Both the position numbers and the translations under genes were made by a program. This document shows, piece after piece, positions 45,376 to 60,177 of a stretch of 64,000 nucleotides of DNA (its first letter is position 1; each line of letters starts with the position of its first letter). The stretch lies in assembly GCF_009914755.1 (NCBI RefSeq), contig NC_060931.1. One strand, written 5' to 3'. The notes under the pieces were generated by a model. It saw nothing but the letters and a program-made list of their open reading frames with translations, was not told where the DNA came from and made no database searches. The stretch is from the human T2T-CHM13v2.0 reference genome, Homo sapiens.

Positions 45376-45808
45376 AACACAACATTTTGCCCTTCTGGTG
45401 CTCTGGGTTCTGTCTCCTGCTCATGCTCCCTGGGTCTTCATGGCACTATTGAGTAGCTGGCAGTGACGGGGTAGGAGTGGTGGTACCAGCAGCCTTCATT
45501 TTTTCCTAGACAGGAATGTAAGAAGCAGGCACGACGCCTTCTCTCCAACAGTTGCATTTTACAGCTTATGATTTATAGCGAGGTCCATCATGGCAGGGAA
45601 GCACACACCATTATTTATGTGTTTGTACCCTGCCTTGTTCCAAGGAAGATTTAAGGCAGCTGCAGACCCCGGTAAATTAATCCACTATCTGTGCAGTGGA
45701 GAGAGGCAGGGTTCCCATATCAGCCCGGATAGGTTAGCTTGCTGAAGTGGCCTTAGCGGCAGACTCCAGTCCATCCTGATGCAATCAGAAGAGAATTTGG
45801 ATCTAAAC

Positions 45809-45980
45809 CAGCTGTTCTCAAACTTAAGTGAGCATTGGAGTGACCTGGGGAACTTGTTCAGCACAGATTGGTCAGTTTCTGATTCCCTAGGTCAGGAGCA
45901 GGCCTGAGAATCTGCATTTCTAGCAAGTACCAGGTGGTGCTGATGCTGCTGGCCTGGGAGTCTCACTTTGAGATGCACTG
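45809..45980 (+). mobile_element. MER5A
   Basis: cagctgttctcaaactt...gagaatctgcatttctagcaag...actttgagatgcactg. Confidence 0.8.
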
Positions 45981-46028
45981 TCCTACGGAAATTCATGCTG
46001 TGATTGTCCTTCTGGAAGCGTGAACTTG

Positions 46029-46450
<422 letters not shown>

Positions 46451-47532
46451 ATTAAATTAAATATGAATAAAATGGAGGCATGATTTGGAATAGTGTTCAT
46501 GTGTTCATGCCCAGTGATCTCTGTGCCTGTTTTAGGTTCTCTCTTCACCCCTAGAGCTGCTAGGAGCCTCTCACTTACACCCACCTTCCTGAGATGCATC
46601 CTGTGCTAGAATGTGCCAGACTTGGCACCCATGGAAATGCTCTTTTCTTTGGCTGTCACTCTCATGGTCTTGCAAGGAGCCACTATCCTCATTCAACCAT
46701 AATCTAACTAAGGCATCTAATGGGTGGCTTTCCCTGGTGGAGGAGAAGAGAGAAGCTTAGGTGGCAGGTGGACTTGAGTTCAAAAGTAAATTGGCCAAAG
46801 TACTCATGTGAAAGTGAGCACGTCACTCCAGTTCTCTCAGTTTATTAATCTGTCAAATGGAGACAGTACACTTTCGTAGAACCGTTGTGAGAATGCAGTT
46901 GGACAATAGAGTGTTTGACGTATCGCTGTTCTCCATCATTATTCCCTTTTCCTTTCGAAATACATTCTCATGGATCCTTGTCTTGAAGGAGTGACCTGGA
47001 TGGAGAGTTTGGGGGTGGATTATGATGGACCAGAGAAGTAGCTGTGGAAGATTTGGGGGCCAGGGGATCCGCTATTTAGCATTCTTTAATTCACATGCTA
47101 TGAATGGTCCCTCTCAGCCCTTAGATTTCTACTTGTATTCAAATAAATTGCACAGCTAAAATAAAGAACTATTTTAGTCAAAATGGTCAGTTTTCAGAAT
47201 AAATAGTTTTGATGTATGCTACAGCTCATGCATAAATTCAGACAGGTAGTAGACTGTCAGGCTGGGGACACAGAGATGAATGGAGCATCACCTTGTCTTT
47301 GAAGAGCTCACAGTCTAATGCTCAAATCCAGCCAGTGCCTTTCAAGGCTCTCCTGGGTTTTTCCTCCAGGACAGTGAGTGTAGGCATGGGCTCCTCTACC
47401 CAGCATGGTTCTGCCAGGCATCTGTGATGTTGCCCCAGTTATCTGGATGTTCTTGACTGGGCCCCAGTTCACTTTCATATTGAAGAATCACGCTCCCTGG
47501 TAAAGAGAAGGAAATGAGTTTTGATTGGTGCC

Positions 47533-47896
47533 TGTGTTAGTCCATTTTCACACTGCTGACAAAGACATACTTAAGACTGGGTAATTTATAAAGAAAAAGA
47601 AGTTTAATGGACTCACAGTTCTACGTGGCTGGAGAGGCCTCACAATCACGGTGGAAGGTGAAAGGCACGTCTTACAGGGCAGCAGACAAGAGAGAATGGG
47701 AGCCACATGAAAGGGAAACCCCTTATACAACCATCAGATCTTGTGAGACTTGTTCACTATCATGAGAACAGTATGGGGAAACCACCCCTATGATCCAATG
47801 ATCTCCCCCAGGGATGGTCCCTCCCACAACATGTGAGAATGATGGGAGCTTCAATTCAAGATGAGATTTGGGTAGAAATGCAGCCAGACCCTATCA
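47533..47896 (-). mobile_element. THE1 solo LTR
   Basis: perfect GTGCC 5-bp TSD. Confidence 0.92.
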
Positions 47897-48125
47897 GTGC
47901 CTTTTCTTCCCTTCTGTCCCCTCCACTTCTCCATCCTTCTCTTCATCATCCCATCTCCTTGCCTGTCTTTACCTGTCCTCTCTGAACAATGCAAATATTT
48001 CCATTTAAATCTATTATATGTTCTCTTTCTCTCTCTAATAAACATACTTTACTGTTGATGGGATTGATAGATGTTTCAGGTTACTTACTTGCAGAGAAGA
48101 AGGAAGTCTATCAGCTTTTATAAAG

Positions 48126-48810
<685 letters not shown>

Positions 48811-48842
48811 CTTGTCAGCTTTGTGATAAAGCAGAGAGAAGC

Positions 48843-49760
<918 letters not shown>

Positions 49761-50104
49761 CCCAGTGGCCAGGCCCCTAATGACTGATCTCCTGACCCGG
49801 CCTGGAATGGGAGCACTATACCTTGGCTCATTCCCAGTAACTGGAGGATGCTTGATGGTCACATGTAGAGGCTGATCATTCCTCTGCTTGAATTGGGCAT
49901 CGTAATAATGCCTTTCCTACATATCATGGCCACTTTCCCTTCCTGTCTCCAATTGTATAGGGAATTGCAGGGTAGGGAAGAGAGGACTCCAGGAGTATCT
50001 GATTTTGGTCTAGAGACTGATAAAAATGGGAAGTCCAGGGATCAGCAGGTGCCACCAGGGCAGATGTAAATGATGTCCTTGAGAAGCAAAGAATATTGAG
50101 AGTC

Positions 50105-50302
50105 CAGCCTGCCAAGGTTCGTGATGTCCGCTGCTGCCCACCCCTGCTGTTGCTGATATTGAATGGCAAGGCCAGAAGGCATGGGAACACCATCTGTGGG
50201 GGCTCCAGCAGGAAGAGAAAGCACTGGGAACCCATGTGCTCTTTTCGTCCTACAGATGGTCGAGACTTAGAGAGACAAGAACAGCCCCAATGTACTATTA
50301 TT
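50105..50302 (+). repeat. local direct duplication, copy 1 (copy 2 at 51869-52069)
   Basis: colinear match including an identical gctgatattgaatggc...ccagcaggaa block. Confidence 0.95.
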
Positions 50303-50921
50303 TTAGTTGCCCTGTCTTAGTTGCACAGGGAAGAGGACTTCAGCAGCTCCCAGGACTTGAATGTGAAGGACCCTGCAGTGGGGAGGCCGGGGGATCAAGG
50401 GAATCCCCAGGTGGCAGAAGGGGCCAGCAGCTGGGAGCCAGGCCCCAGAGTTTGTGCTGGCTCAAAGCATCAGTGGGCCAGTTGGAGACTGGGCTGTCTT
50501 ACTCTGGTGGGGGTGGGGAGACATCTTTAGCATTTGAGGGGAGCATCTTTCTAGAGAAACAGCAGGGCATAGGACCTGTTTGGTGGACCTCACGTATTGG
50601 TGAGGTCACTAGCCACAGGTTGAACCAAAGGAAGTCAAAATGAGGACAGAGACCCCTCTCCGCACAGACATCGTCCAGTGACATAGAAATGATCTCCGCC
50701 TTCCTTTCCACCTGCCCTCCTTCCCCGAAGCCCAACCTGAAAGGAGTGGAGGAGAGAGACCATGAGGGAGGGTGAGGAGGAAGGCACTACAGAAACAGAC
50801 AGCACCCTCTTTCCTGTCCTAAGCCCCCAGCTGCCCTGAGGAAGCATAAGAGCCATGAAAACAGAGTGAGTTCAGTGTTCTCAATTGAACCGGCCTAAAT
50901 ATCAATCACTGAAAATGACCT

Positions 50922-51230
50922 GGGCCGGATGGGGTGGGGTGGGGAGCGGGGGGCGGAGCACTTACACCTGTAATCCTAGCACTTTGGGCGGCCAAGGCAG
51001 GAGGATTGCTCGAGGCCAGGAGTCTGAGACCAGCCTGGGCAAAGTAGCGAGACCATGTCTATACAAAAATTAAAAAAAAAAAATAACCAAGTATGATGGC
51101 ATGCACCTGTAGTCCCAGCTACTCAGGAGGCTGAGGCAGGAGGATCACTTGAGCCCAGGACTTTGAGGCTGCAGTGAGCTATGATCAAGCCACTGGTGAC
51201 ACAGTGAGACCCTGAATCTCTCTCTCTAAA
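50922..51230 (+). mobile_element. AluJ with G-rich altered head
   Basis: Alu body; gaaaatga(c/t)ctg TSD. Confidence 0.88.
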
Positions 51231-51234
51231 AGAA

Positions 51235-51278
51235 GAAAATGATCTGAAAGTTAGGAAAATGATCTGAAAGTTAGGAAA
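51235..51278. repeat. 20-bp tandem duplication gaaaatgatctgaaagttag x2
   Basis: direct reading. Confidence 0.95.
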
Positions 51279-51374
51279 TTTGTCTAGGGAGGGAGATGTG
51301 GGTCCTCATCCTCTAACTGGGAGCCAGGACTGGATACATTTGACATTTGTATCTGCAATGAGCTGACCTTCTTC

Positions 51375-51797
51375 TGTGCACTAATCCACTAATGCTGCCA
51401 TAACACACATTGTGCAAACTGTGTGCCATAGCATAGATTGAGTGGTTTAAACAAGAAACATTTATTTTTTCACAACTCTGGAGGCCAGAAATCCGAGATG
51501 AGCATGCAAGCAGCGTTGGTTCTTTCTGAGGCCTCTCTCCTTGGCTTGTCGAAGGCTGTCTTCTCTCTGGGGCCTCACAGTCTTTCCTCAGTCACATTCT
51601 GGGTGTGTCTCTGTCCATTTCCTCTTCTTTTAAGGACAGTGAGCACACCGAATTACGGCCCACTCTAATACCCTCATTTTAACTTAATTATCTTTTTAAA
51701 GACCCTTTCTCCAAATACAATCACATTCCAGGGTACTGGGGGTTAGGATGTCAACATATGAATGTGGTTACAGGGGACAGGATTTAGCCCATGACAG
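51375..51797 (-). mobile_element. MLT1 (B-like) LTR
   Basis: gtggtttaaacaagaaacatttattttttcacaactctggaggccagaa...gggggttaggatgtcaacatatgaa. Confidence 0.78.
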
Positions 51798-51868
51798 TCC
51801 ATTAAATGTAAGTCCACTGTGTGCTTACATGGGGAAGTGTGCTATTTTCCTGGAGCACATGCTGCGTG

Positions 51869-52069
51869 CAGCCTGCCAAGGTTCATGACGTCCACTGCTG
51901 CCCACTCCTGCTGTTGTTGCTGATATTGAATGGCAAGGCCAGAAGGCATGGGAACACCATCTGTGGGGGCTCCAGCAGGAACAGGAAGCACTGGGAACCC
52001 AGGTGCTCTTTTTGTCTTACAGATGGCTGAAACTTAGAGAAACAAGAACATCCACAATGTACTATTATT
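51869..52069 (+). repeat. local direct duplication, copy 2
   Basis: matches 50105-50302. Confidence 0.95.
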
Positions 52070-52347
52070 CCATGAAAAGGGCAGTTTGCAAAACCGAAAG
52101 TACAGCATGATTGGATTTTAAAAGAATGTTTTTCAAAAAAGAAAAAGAATATGTGTATGCACATGCGTGTGGGATCATGCCTTTTCTCTGTGCAAGCAGA
52201 GAATTCAGACGTGAATGTCCGCAGTGGGGTAGCAGAGGTTATTCCTGAAGGCGGGAAGATGGGTGACTACCATTTTAACAATTTATTGTATTTGCTACAT
52301 TTGCTACAATGAATTTGTTACTTTTGTGATATAAAAGAGAGAAAGAG

Positions 52348-52630
52348 GGCTGGGCACAGTGTCTCATACCTGTAATCCCAGCACTTTGGTAGGCTGAGGT
52401 GGGCGGATCACTTGAGATCAGGAGTTAGAGACCAGCCTGGGCAACATGGTGAGACCCCCGTCTCTACTAAAAATACAAAAATTAGCCGGGTCTGGCGGTT
52501 CACGTCTGTAATCCCAGCTGCTTGGGAGGCTGAGGTAGGAGAATCACTTGAGCCTGGTGGAGGTTGCAGTGAGCTGAGATCATACCACTCCACAACAGAG
52601 TGAGACTCTGTCTCAAAAAAATAAATAAAA
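52348..52630 (+). mobile_element. Alu (AluS)
   Basis: dimer; aaagagagaaag TSD. Confidence 0.93.
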
Positions 52631-53451
52631 GCAACAACGAAAGAGAGAAAGGGCTATGTAATATTGGAAAGAAACAGGAGGTGAATGTTTAGCGTCATAG
52701 TTGGAGTCAGTGAATGGAATTTGGATTTCTGAGCCAGGATTTAAAATGTCAGATTCATGGGTTTGGGAGTACTGAAGAGAATCAAGTGTACAAGGAGGAG
52801 ATGAACATTTGCCCAGAGTCAAGATGGCTGGAATCAGAAGATCTGAATATGACTGGGGACTGGGGAGTAGAGGACGCTTTGTTGTGTCTGTGAAGCATCA
52901 CATTAAGAGCAACTGGGCTGCCTCTGAAAACCCTGGAGAAGAATGTTCTTGCAGAAGCCAGATAACTCCATCAAAGAGATGAATAGGGTTGAAATAGATG
53001 ACATTTAAGGTCCTTCCTAACTCTGAGATTCTGTGGTTTTGTGAAAATGTAGAAGCTCTGAGTTAAGCTACCTTTGAGGACATGGTGACATTTAATGCTA
53101 AAAGCATCTGTTGATGTTTTCTTTGAAATCTGCATTGTGCCAACTCCACCTGTAAGGATGACCTGCAGGACATTGGAATATTTTGTGAATCTCCATAGCA
53201 ACTCTTTCAGCAGAAGTATTTTCTTTGGATGATCTGAAGACACAGGACAGCGAAGCATTTTTTTTTTTAAATCTCCATACCTCATGTCCAAGTTAACTGC
53301 TATTTAATTGAATGGCATTTCATTCTCAGACCGTCATCCCCTTACCTGAATGTTAATATTCTTACCTGCAACAAGGCCCCTATTGGGGCAGGGTTGGGGA
53401 GTGGAGTGGAGTCATGATTTACTGGTATTTTGCATGAACCAATAACATTTC

Positions 53452-53570
53452 CAAATCCCATCACTTTGAGAGGCTGAGATGGGAGGATCATATCACTTGA
53501 GGCCAGGAGTTCCAGACCAGCCTGGGCAACATAGCGAGACCTCCATGTCTACAAAAAGTAAAAATAAAAT
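53452..53570 (+). mobile_element. FLAM/AluJ left monomer
   Basis: single arm with A-rich tail. Confidence 0.85.
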
Positions 53571-53920
53571 CACATTTCTAATCTCAGATGATGTTGATTT
53601 GTAGACATTATTGTAAGTGGGAGAGACTCAGTGTAACCTGAACCTAGTACAGTAAAGTGTAGGCTCAGATCACAGTGAGAGGAAATACCACATATAGCAG
53701 CATTTTCATTAATGATACGATTGTTTTATAATGAGTGCTCCAAAGATTCCAGGGAAATGCTTCCTTACACTCAGAATGTGTTGCAAAGAAGACTGTTTTC
53801 TCTGGCCTCCATCTGCCTGAAATGCACTCCCGATTTCTCTTCATCTATACAGATTTTACCTGCTCCTCCGGAGCCATTTCTAATCCACATTCTTCCTCCA
53901 TCAAGCCAACACTGACTCAC

Positions 53921-54290
53921 TGATATGGTTTGGCTGTGTCCCCCCACAAATCTCATCTTAAATTGTAGTTCCCATGATCCCTACATATCCTGGGAGGGAC
54001 CCAGTGGGAGATAATTGGATCATGGGGGTGGTTACCCCCATGCTGCTGTTCTCATGATAGTGAGTTATCACGAAATCTGATGGTTTTATAAGGAGCTTTT
54101 CCTCCTTTTGCTTAGCACTTCTCCTGCTATCCTGTGAAGAAGAATGTGTTTGCTTCTCCTTCTACCATCATTGTAAGTTTCCTGAAGCCTCTCCAGCCAT
54201 GCGGAGCTGTGAGTCAATTAAACCTCTTTCCTTTGTAAATTACCCAGTCTCAGGCAGTCCTTTATAGCAGTGTAAGAATGGACTAATACA
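53921..54290 (+). mobile_element. THE1 (C/D-like) solo LTR
   Basis: tgatatggtttggctgtgtcc...ggactaataca. Confidence 0.92.
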
Positions 54291-55122
54291 CTCGTCCATC
54301 CCAATTGATTGCTTTTGCCTATAAATTTCCTAGAGCAATTATTGACAATTAATTGCACCGCCTTGCCCTGTCTCCCTTATTACAGTCTTGAATGACTATT
54401 AATGTCTATTTTGTATGTTTGTGTCCTCCCATAGTGTTTAGCGAAGGGCTCCAAAAACAGCAGGCACTCAATAAAGGTTCTCTGATTTATTCAGAAGACC
54501 ACTGTTTGTTGACTGCACGATGATTTTGAACTCAGCTGAGGCAGACCCTATTCGTGGTCCTCCTTGATCCTCCACCTACCACCATCATGAGTGACTTTGG
54601 TGTCTACAAAGATGTTCCTTCTAACACACTGGTCTCCCCAGGTCTCAACTTCCTCCTCTCTGTTGGCCTCCTGCATTTGTTCTCAGCCATCCAATCTTAT
54701 GGCTACACCTCCAGAGCTTGTCATTACCTGCAAAGCAGTAACTCAGACACTCACCCCCTGCCACTTCCTTGCTTGTCCCACTGGCTGTCCTCCAAGCATC
54801 CTTTGCTGGCATCAGAACCTGCAGCACATTACTACTCTTTCTTCCAGGGCTCTTTCCTTTCATCACTTTCCCCTTATCTTTTAGATTCCGGGGACCCTCA
54901 CTGCAGGGAAGATGGGCTCTGATCACCAACCCCAAGTGGCCGTTCACCATGTGGCCATGGTTAAGACAATTCCTACCACCATAGTAAGAGCCGTAGTTTA
55001 GCCACTCCTCCAAACCCCTGTCCTCTCTTCTCCCCCTTTACCATATCGATCTAGTTTAGATTCCAGGGCTCATCATTTCAATCATTCCTGTGCTCAATGC
55101 TCTTGTTCCACTGTCTTTTTAG

Positions 55123-55712
55123 TTTATTTATTTATTTTTTTGAGACAGATTCTTACTCCATTACCCAGGCTGGAGTGCAGTGGTGTGATCTTAGCTCACT
55201 GCAACTTCTGCCTCCTGGATTCAAGCGATTCCCCTGCCTCAGCCTCCTGAGTAGCTGGGATTACACGCGCTACCACCATGCTCAGCTAATTTTTGTATTT
55301 TTAGTAGAGGCAGGGTTTTCTCATGTTGGCCAGGCTGGTCTTGAACTCCTGGCCTCAAATGATCCATCCTCCTCAGCCTCCCAAAGTACTGGGATTACAG
55401 GTGTGAGCCACCGCGCCCAGCCTAGTTTAATTTTTTGAGACAGGGTCTCTTTCTGTCATCCATGCTGGAGTGCAGTGCTGTGACCATGGCTCACTGCAGC
55501 CTCAAACTCCTGGCCTCAAGTGATCCTCCAGCCTCAGCCTCCCGAGTAGCTGGGACTACAGGCATCTGCCACCATGCCTGGCTAACTTTAAAAAAAAGAT
55601 GTGTGCAGATGGGGTTTTGCTATGTTGCCCAGGCTGGTCTCAAATTTCTGGCCTCAAGTGATCCTCCGGCCATAACCTTCCAAAGTGGTGGGATGAGAGG
55701 TGTGCACCATCA
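55123..55712 (-). mobile_element. two tandem antisense Alus
   Basis: 55123-55422 and 55430-55712. Confidence 0.93.
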
Positions 55713-56377
55713 TGGCTTCCCTCCTCTGTCTTTTTGTTGTATACAAATGGCAGGATCTCAACCCTAGATGGGTCTTCTCTGGCCAAAACCCATGTCCTGA
55801 GTGTTGATAGGGACTCTTAGTGCAGGGCATACAGGCTCTGATCAACACCCCAAGCAGCCCTGCCCTCCACTCTGGCCATGGTTAAGGAAATGTTTACAGT
55901 CATATAGAGTGTCACACAGTTTTGCTACTCCCCCAAACATCTGTCCTTCCTTCTCCCTCTTTCTCACAACAAATGGCTGCATCTTCCATTGCACAGAGGA
56001 AGCAGGAGCCATCTCTCAGGAATCTGCTTGTCCTCAGGGTGGCAAAGACAAACTTAAAGATTACCATCCTCCCCTTCTTCCCTCCCATTTCACTAGAGAA
56101 GCCCTGTCTCCTCCTAAGCCCGACCCTTCAGCTGCACTCAGATTCCATTCCATGTCTTTGTAGTTTTGCACTGTTTATGGATAATCCCTTAACTCTCCTG
56201 TTTATTCAACCTTTCCCTCTCAAATGAATCTCTCCCACTGGCCTTTCAACATACGCAGGCTCTTGCATTAAAATCAAAGCAAAAAGAAGCAAATTAATTT
56301 CATATTTGCCAGCATCTACTCTCTTGCCCCTTATGACCAATCTTCACAACCTGTGCTGTGTCTATTCCTCACCACCC

Positions 56378-57022
56378 ATTGATTTTTGCAGCAAATTCTT
56401 TTCCAAAGTTAATCACATTAGTATATCCCATCTTTCACAGTCTTGTTACGTGTGATGTTGACACTTTCTCCACTGAGAGATGGGGTCACATTCATCGGAA
56501 TTGGGAGAATCTTTGTTATCTCAGCCAATGGAATATGGTGGAATGAGGTGGTTGCTGCCTGACCTTCTGGGTTTAGGTCATCCTTTAACATCTGTCAGAT
56601 ATGTCCTTCTTCACATGATGGCAGGAAGGAGAAGCACTGAGCAATACGGTGTGTGTATGTCTCTCTCTCCCTCCATGCATCTTGGGAGCCTTGAGCCAAC
56701 ATGTATGAAGGATGGCTTCCTCAAAGCCACCATGCTGGGAAGACCATGTGAACAGGAACTATAGACACAGAAAATGATGCCCAAGGAGCTCCTGGTGTTT
56801 CACCCTCACTGTTTCAGTCTTCCCAGTGTCAACCACGGATGTGAAGAATACCTTAGATGATGCCAGCACCCAGCCTTGGAGTCACCCATCTCAGACTGAG
56901 TAGAACAGAGACAACCATCCTTACTGAGCTTGACCCCCAATTGTAGATTTGTGAACAAATATATTGTTTTCATAAACTAAGTTTACAATAATGTGTTCCA
57001 CAGCATGAAGTTGCCGAAACAG
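56378..57022 (+). mobile_element. old MLT1 (F/G/H-like) LTR
   Basis: ccaatggaatatggtggaa...gccaccatgctgggaagaccatgtg...aattgtagatttgtgaacaaata. Confidence 0.6.
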
Positions 57023-57373
57023 CCTCTGACTTCACCCCAGGATATCAGTTTGCCCCATCAAGTGCTTGAGATGGCTCTTAATAGGCACACCGTGTTACTA
57101 AGTCAGACATTGTTGAAATGTCTGCTTTCTTGGTCATTAGCCCCCTGCACTGTTGATCACCCACCCTGAAATACTGATTCCTTGGTATCCACTGTATTAC
57201 CCTCATCTGGACTTTTTCAGCATTCTTCTTACTTGTTGGGCTACTTTTTTCCCCATGATTCTGTCCACAGCTATTAAATGCTGAAATCCTTCAAGACTCA
57301 CACCTAGACTTCCTTGTCTTCTCACTCCAAGCTTTCTCCCTAGGCAATTCCCTACACGATCACATGTCAATGA

Positions 57374-57690
<317 letters not shown>

Positions 57691-57967
57691 TATATCACTT
57701 TTCTGAGCTCCTGACCCATAGATCCAGTTTCCTACTGGGAATTATCTCTTGGGAATGTCAAAGGTACCTGAAATTCAATGTAGCCAAGATTTCAGTACTG
57801 TATTCCTCTTTCTACCTGGTCTGCCTTGCAGGTTCATGAGAGTGTGTTATTGTCCAGGGGTAATTCTACCCAGTGTTTTAGTGAGACAGATGATGTTCCT
57901 GCCTTCCTGGAGCTTTTATTCTAGGTACTTAGAACAGATAGTCAAAATACATAAATACGTTAATAAG

Positions 57968-58570
57968 GGCTGGGCACCGTGGCTCACGCTTGTAATCCCA
58001 GCACTTTGAGAGGCTGAGGCGGGCAGATCACGAGGTCAGGAGTTTGAGACCAGCCTGGCCAATACAGTGAAACCCCGTCTCTACTAAAAATACAAAAAAT
58101 GGCCAGGCGTGGTGGCTCAAGCCTATAATCCCAGCACTTTGGGAGGCCGAGGCGGGCGGATCATGAGGTTAGGAGATTGAGCCCATCCTGGCTAACACAG
58201 TAAAACCCCATCTCTACCAAAAATACAAAAAATTATCCGGGCATGGTGGCGGGAACCTGTAGTCCCAGCTACTCGGGAGGCTGAGGCAGGAGAATGGTGT
58301 GAACCCAGGAGGCGGAGCTGCAGTGAGCCGAGATTGTGCCACTGCACTCCAGCCTGGGTGACAGAGCGAGACTCCATCTCAAAAAAAAAAAAAAAAATTA
58401 GCTGGGCTTGGTGGCAGACGTCTGTAATCCCAGCTACTCTCGGGAGGCTGAGGCAGGAGAATTGCTTGAACCTGGGTTGCGGAGGTTGCAGTGAGCCGAG
58501 ATCGTACCGCTGCACCCTGGGCGACAGAGCTAGACTCCGTCTCAATAAATAAATAAATAAATAAATAAAT
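57968..58570 (+). mobile_element. AluS with an AluY-like element (58101-58397) inserted in its linker
   Basis: left arm, complete inner Alu (catcctggctaacac; gaatggtgtgaaccc), then right arm. Confidence 0.92.
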
Positions 58571-58675
58571 AAGTGAACTAAAAGAGGGTGACAAACAGCA
58601 GACAGTGAATTAGACAAAGGTAATTTGTCAAATTTGCTGTCTGCTATTTATCACTCTCTTTTGGTTTACTTATTT
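58567..58675. repeat. imperfect inverted repeat (52-bp arms, 5-nt loop)
   Basis: arms pair with 3 mismatches and 5 G:T positions. Confidence 0.9.
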
Positions 58676-58850
58676 ACATATTTTACATAGTTTACTTGCA
58701 TATTTTAATTAGTTTACTTATTTACATATTTTGCAGTTTATTTACATTTTTTTACCTAGTTTACTTATTTACATATTTTGCATAGTTTACTTATTTACAT
58801 AGTTTACTTATTTACCTAGTTTACTTATTTACATATTTTACTTATTTACA
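58664..58850. repeat. AT-rich degenerate minisatellite (tagtttacttatttaca...)
   Basis: direct reading. Confidence 0.9.
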
Positions 58851-58914
58851 AATTACCTTTGTCAAATTTGCTGTCTGGTATTTTTCAGTCTTTCAGTTTA
58901 CTTATTGGGCCTGG

Positions 58915-59460
58915 CATGGATTCAGGGCAGTGTCAGAAAATACCCTGAATTCTGCCCTCTCTCTGTGGCCCGTCACCTCTCAATGCTACGTCCTGAATAG
59001 CTCTCAGATCTCTCTATGCACCTCTGCTGCAGCTACCCGAGGTCATACCATTGTCATCTCTCCCCTGGGTCTCTCTGCTGTAGCCTTTGAACTGGTTTGC
59101 TTTCATCCCCTCCTGACATTCTCCAGCATATATCCCACACTGCAATCTTAGGGCAAATTGGATCACACCCCACACGCTGTTGTGTGCATACACTACATCA
59201 TGTAGTGGCCCCTCCTTGCTTTATAGGATTAAAAGTCTGATCTCTTACTTGACCCACAGAACCCAGTGTGCTCTGGTCTTTTCTTTCTCTTTATCCCCAA
59301 TTTGAACAGTTTCGCTTCTCTTCCACCTCGTGGCCTTCCTCCTCTTCTTCCTGCCACATCTTCCCCAGGCCACAGGACCTTTGCACGTGCTAGTCCCACT
59401 GTTGGCATCTCATATCTTCCCTCTCCTGCCAGTGAATTACTTCTCATCCCTCAGAAGTCA
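58915..59460. mobile_element. L2 fragments
   Basis: ccattgtcatctctcccctgg...ccacaggacctttgcacgtgct; more L2-like sequence at 54400-54490 and 57030-57800. Confidence 0.6.
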
Positions 59461-59470
59461 GCTCTCCTGG

Positions 59471-59760
59471 GGCCAGGCACAGTGGCTCACACCTGTAATT
59501 CTAATACCTTGGGTGGCTAAGGTGAGAGGATCACTTGAGGCCGAGAGTTCAAGACCAGCCTGAGCAACATAGTGAGACCCCATCTCTACAAAAAAATATA
59601 AACATTAGCCATATGGGGTGGCACATACTTGTTGTCCCAGCTACTTACGAGGCTGAAGTGGGAGGATTGCTTGAGCCTGGGAGTTCAGGGCTGCAGTGAG
59701 CCATGATCTTGCCACTGCTCTCCAGCCTGGGTGACAGCGTGAGATTCTGTCTCAGAAAAA
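59471..59760 (+). mobile_element. AluJ
   Basis: 18-bp TSD agaagtcagctctcctgg. Confidence 0.95.
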
Positions 59761-60177
59761 GAAGTCAGCTCTCCTGGAGAACCTCCTCGGCATTCCTGAA
59801 GAGGTCCCATTACCCCATTATGTGCTCTTGGAAGGCCATGTGCTTCTCCTGCCATGTCCAGCTTCAGTGATTCTGCTGTTAACTATGTGAATATTTGAGT
59901 ATATTTTCCCCTTCAACACAAGCCCTTGGCAGGCTCTTTATAAGTGCCTCCCCTCAGAGAACTTATTTAAAAAGGTGAGAACAGAAAGAGAAGTAATTAC
60001 TTCTGCTTTTGGGGCACCAAGCATTTAGCTCTCTGATTGTCCAGCCCAACATTTCTCTTAGCTCCATAATAAGCTTCATATACACTTGAGATTCAGAAGC
60101 CACAGGCCCCATTGTGTTGATCTCTCTTTCTCTGCCTCTTGGCTACAGCAAAACCAAGACTCAAAACCAAGGGAGAA

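Noticed and set aside
49924-52164. Similar ORFs on both strands in the 200-bp duplicate
   Set aside because: Both strands are equally open and no domain is recognisable; explained by duplication.
58664-58850. Repeat array as a possible CRISPR
   Set aside because: Degenerate AT-rich tandem units without unique spacers, in primate DNA with no cas genes.
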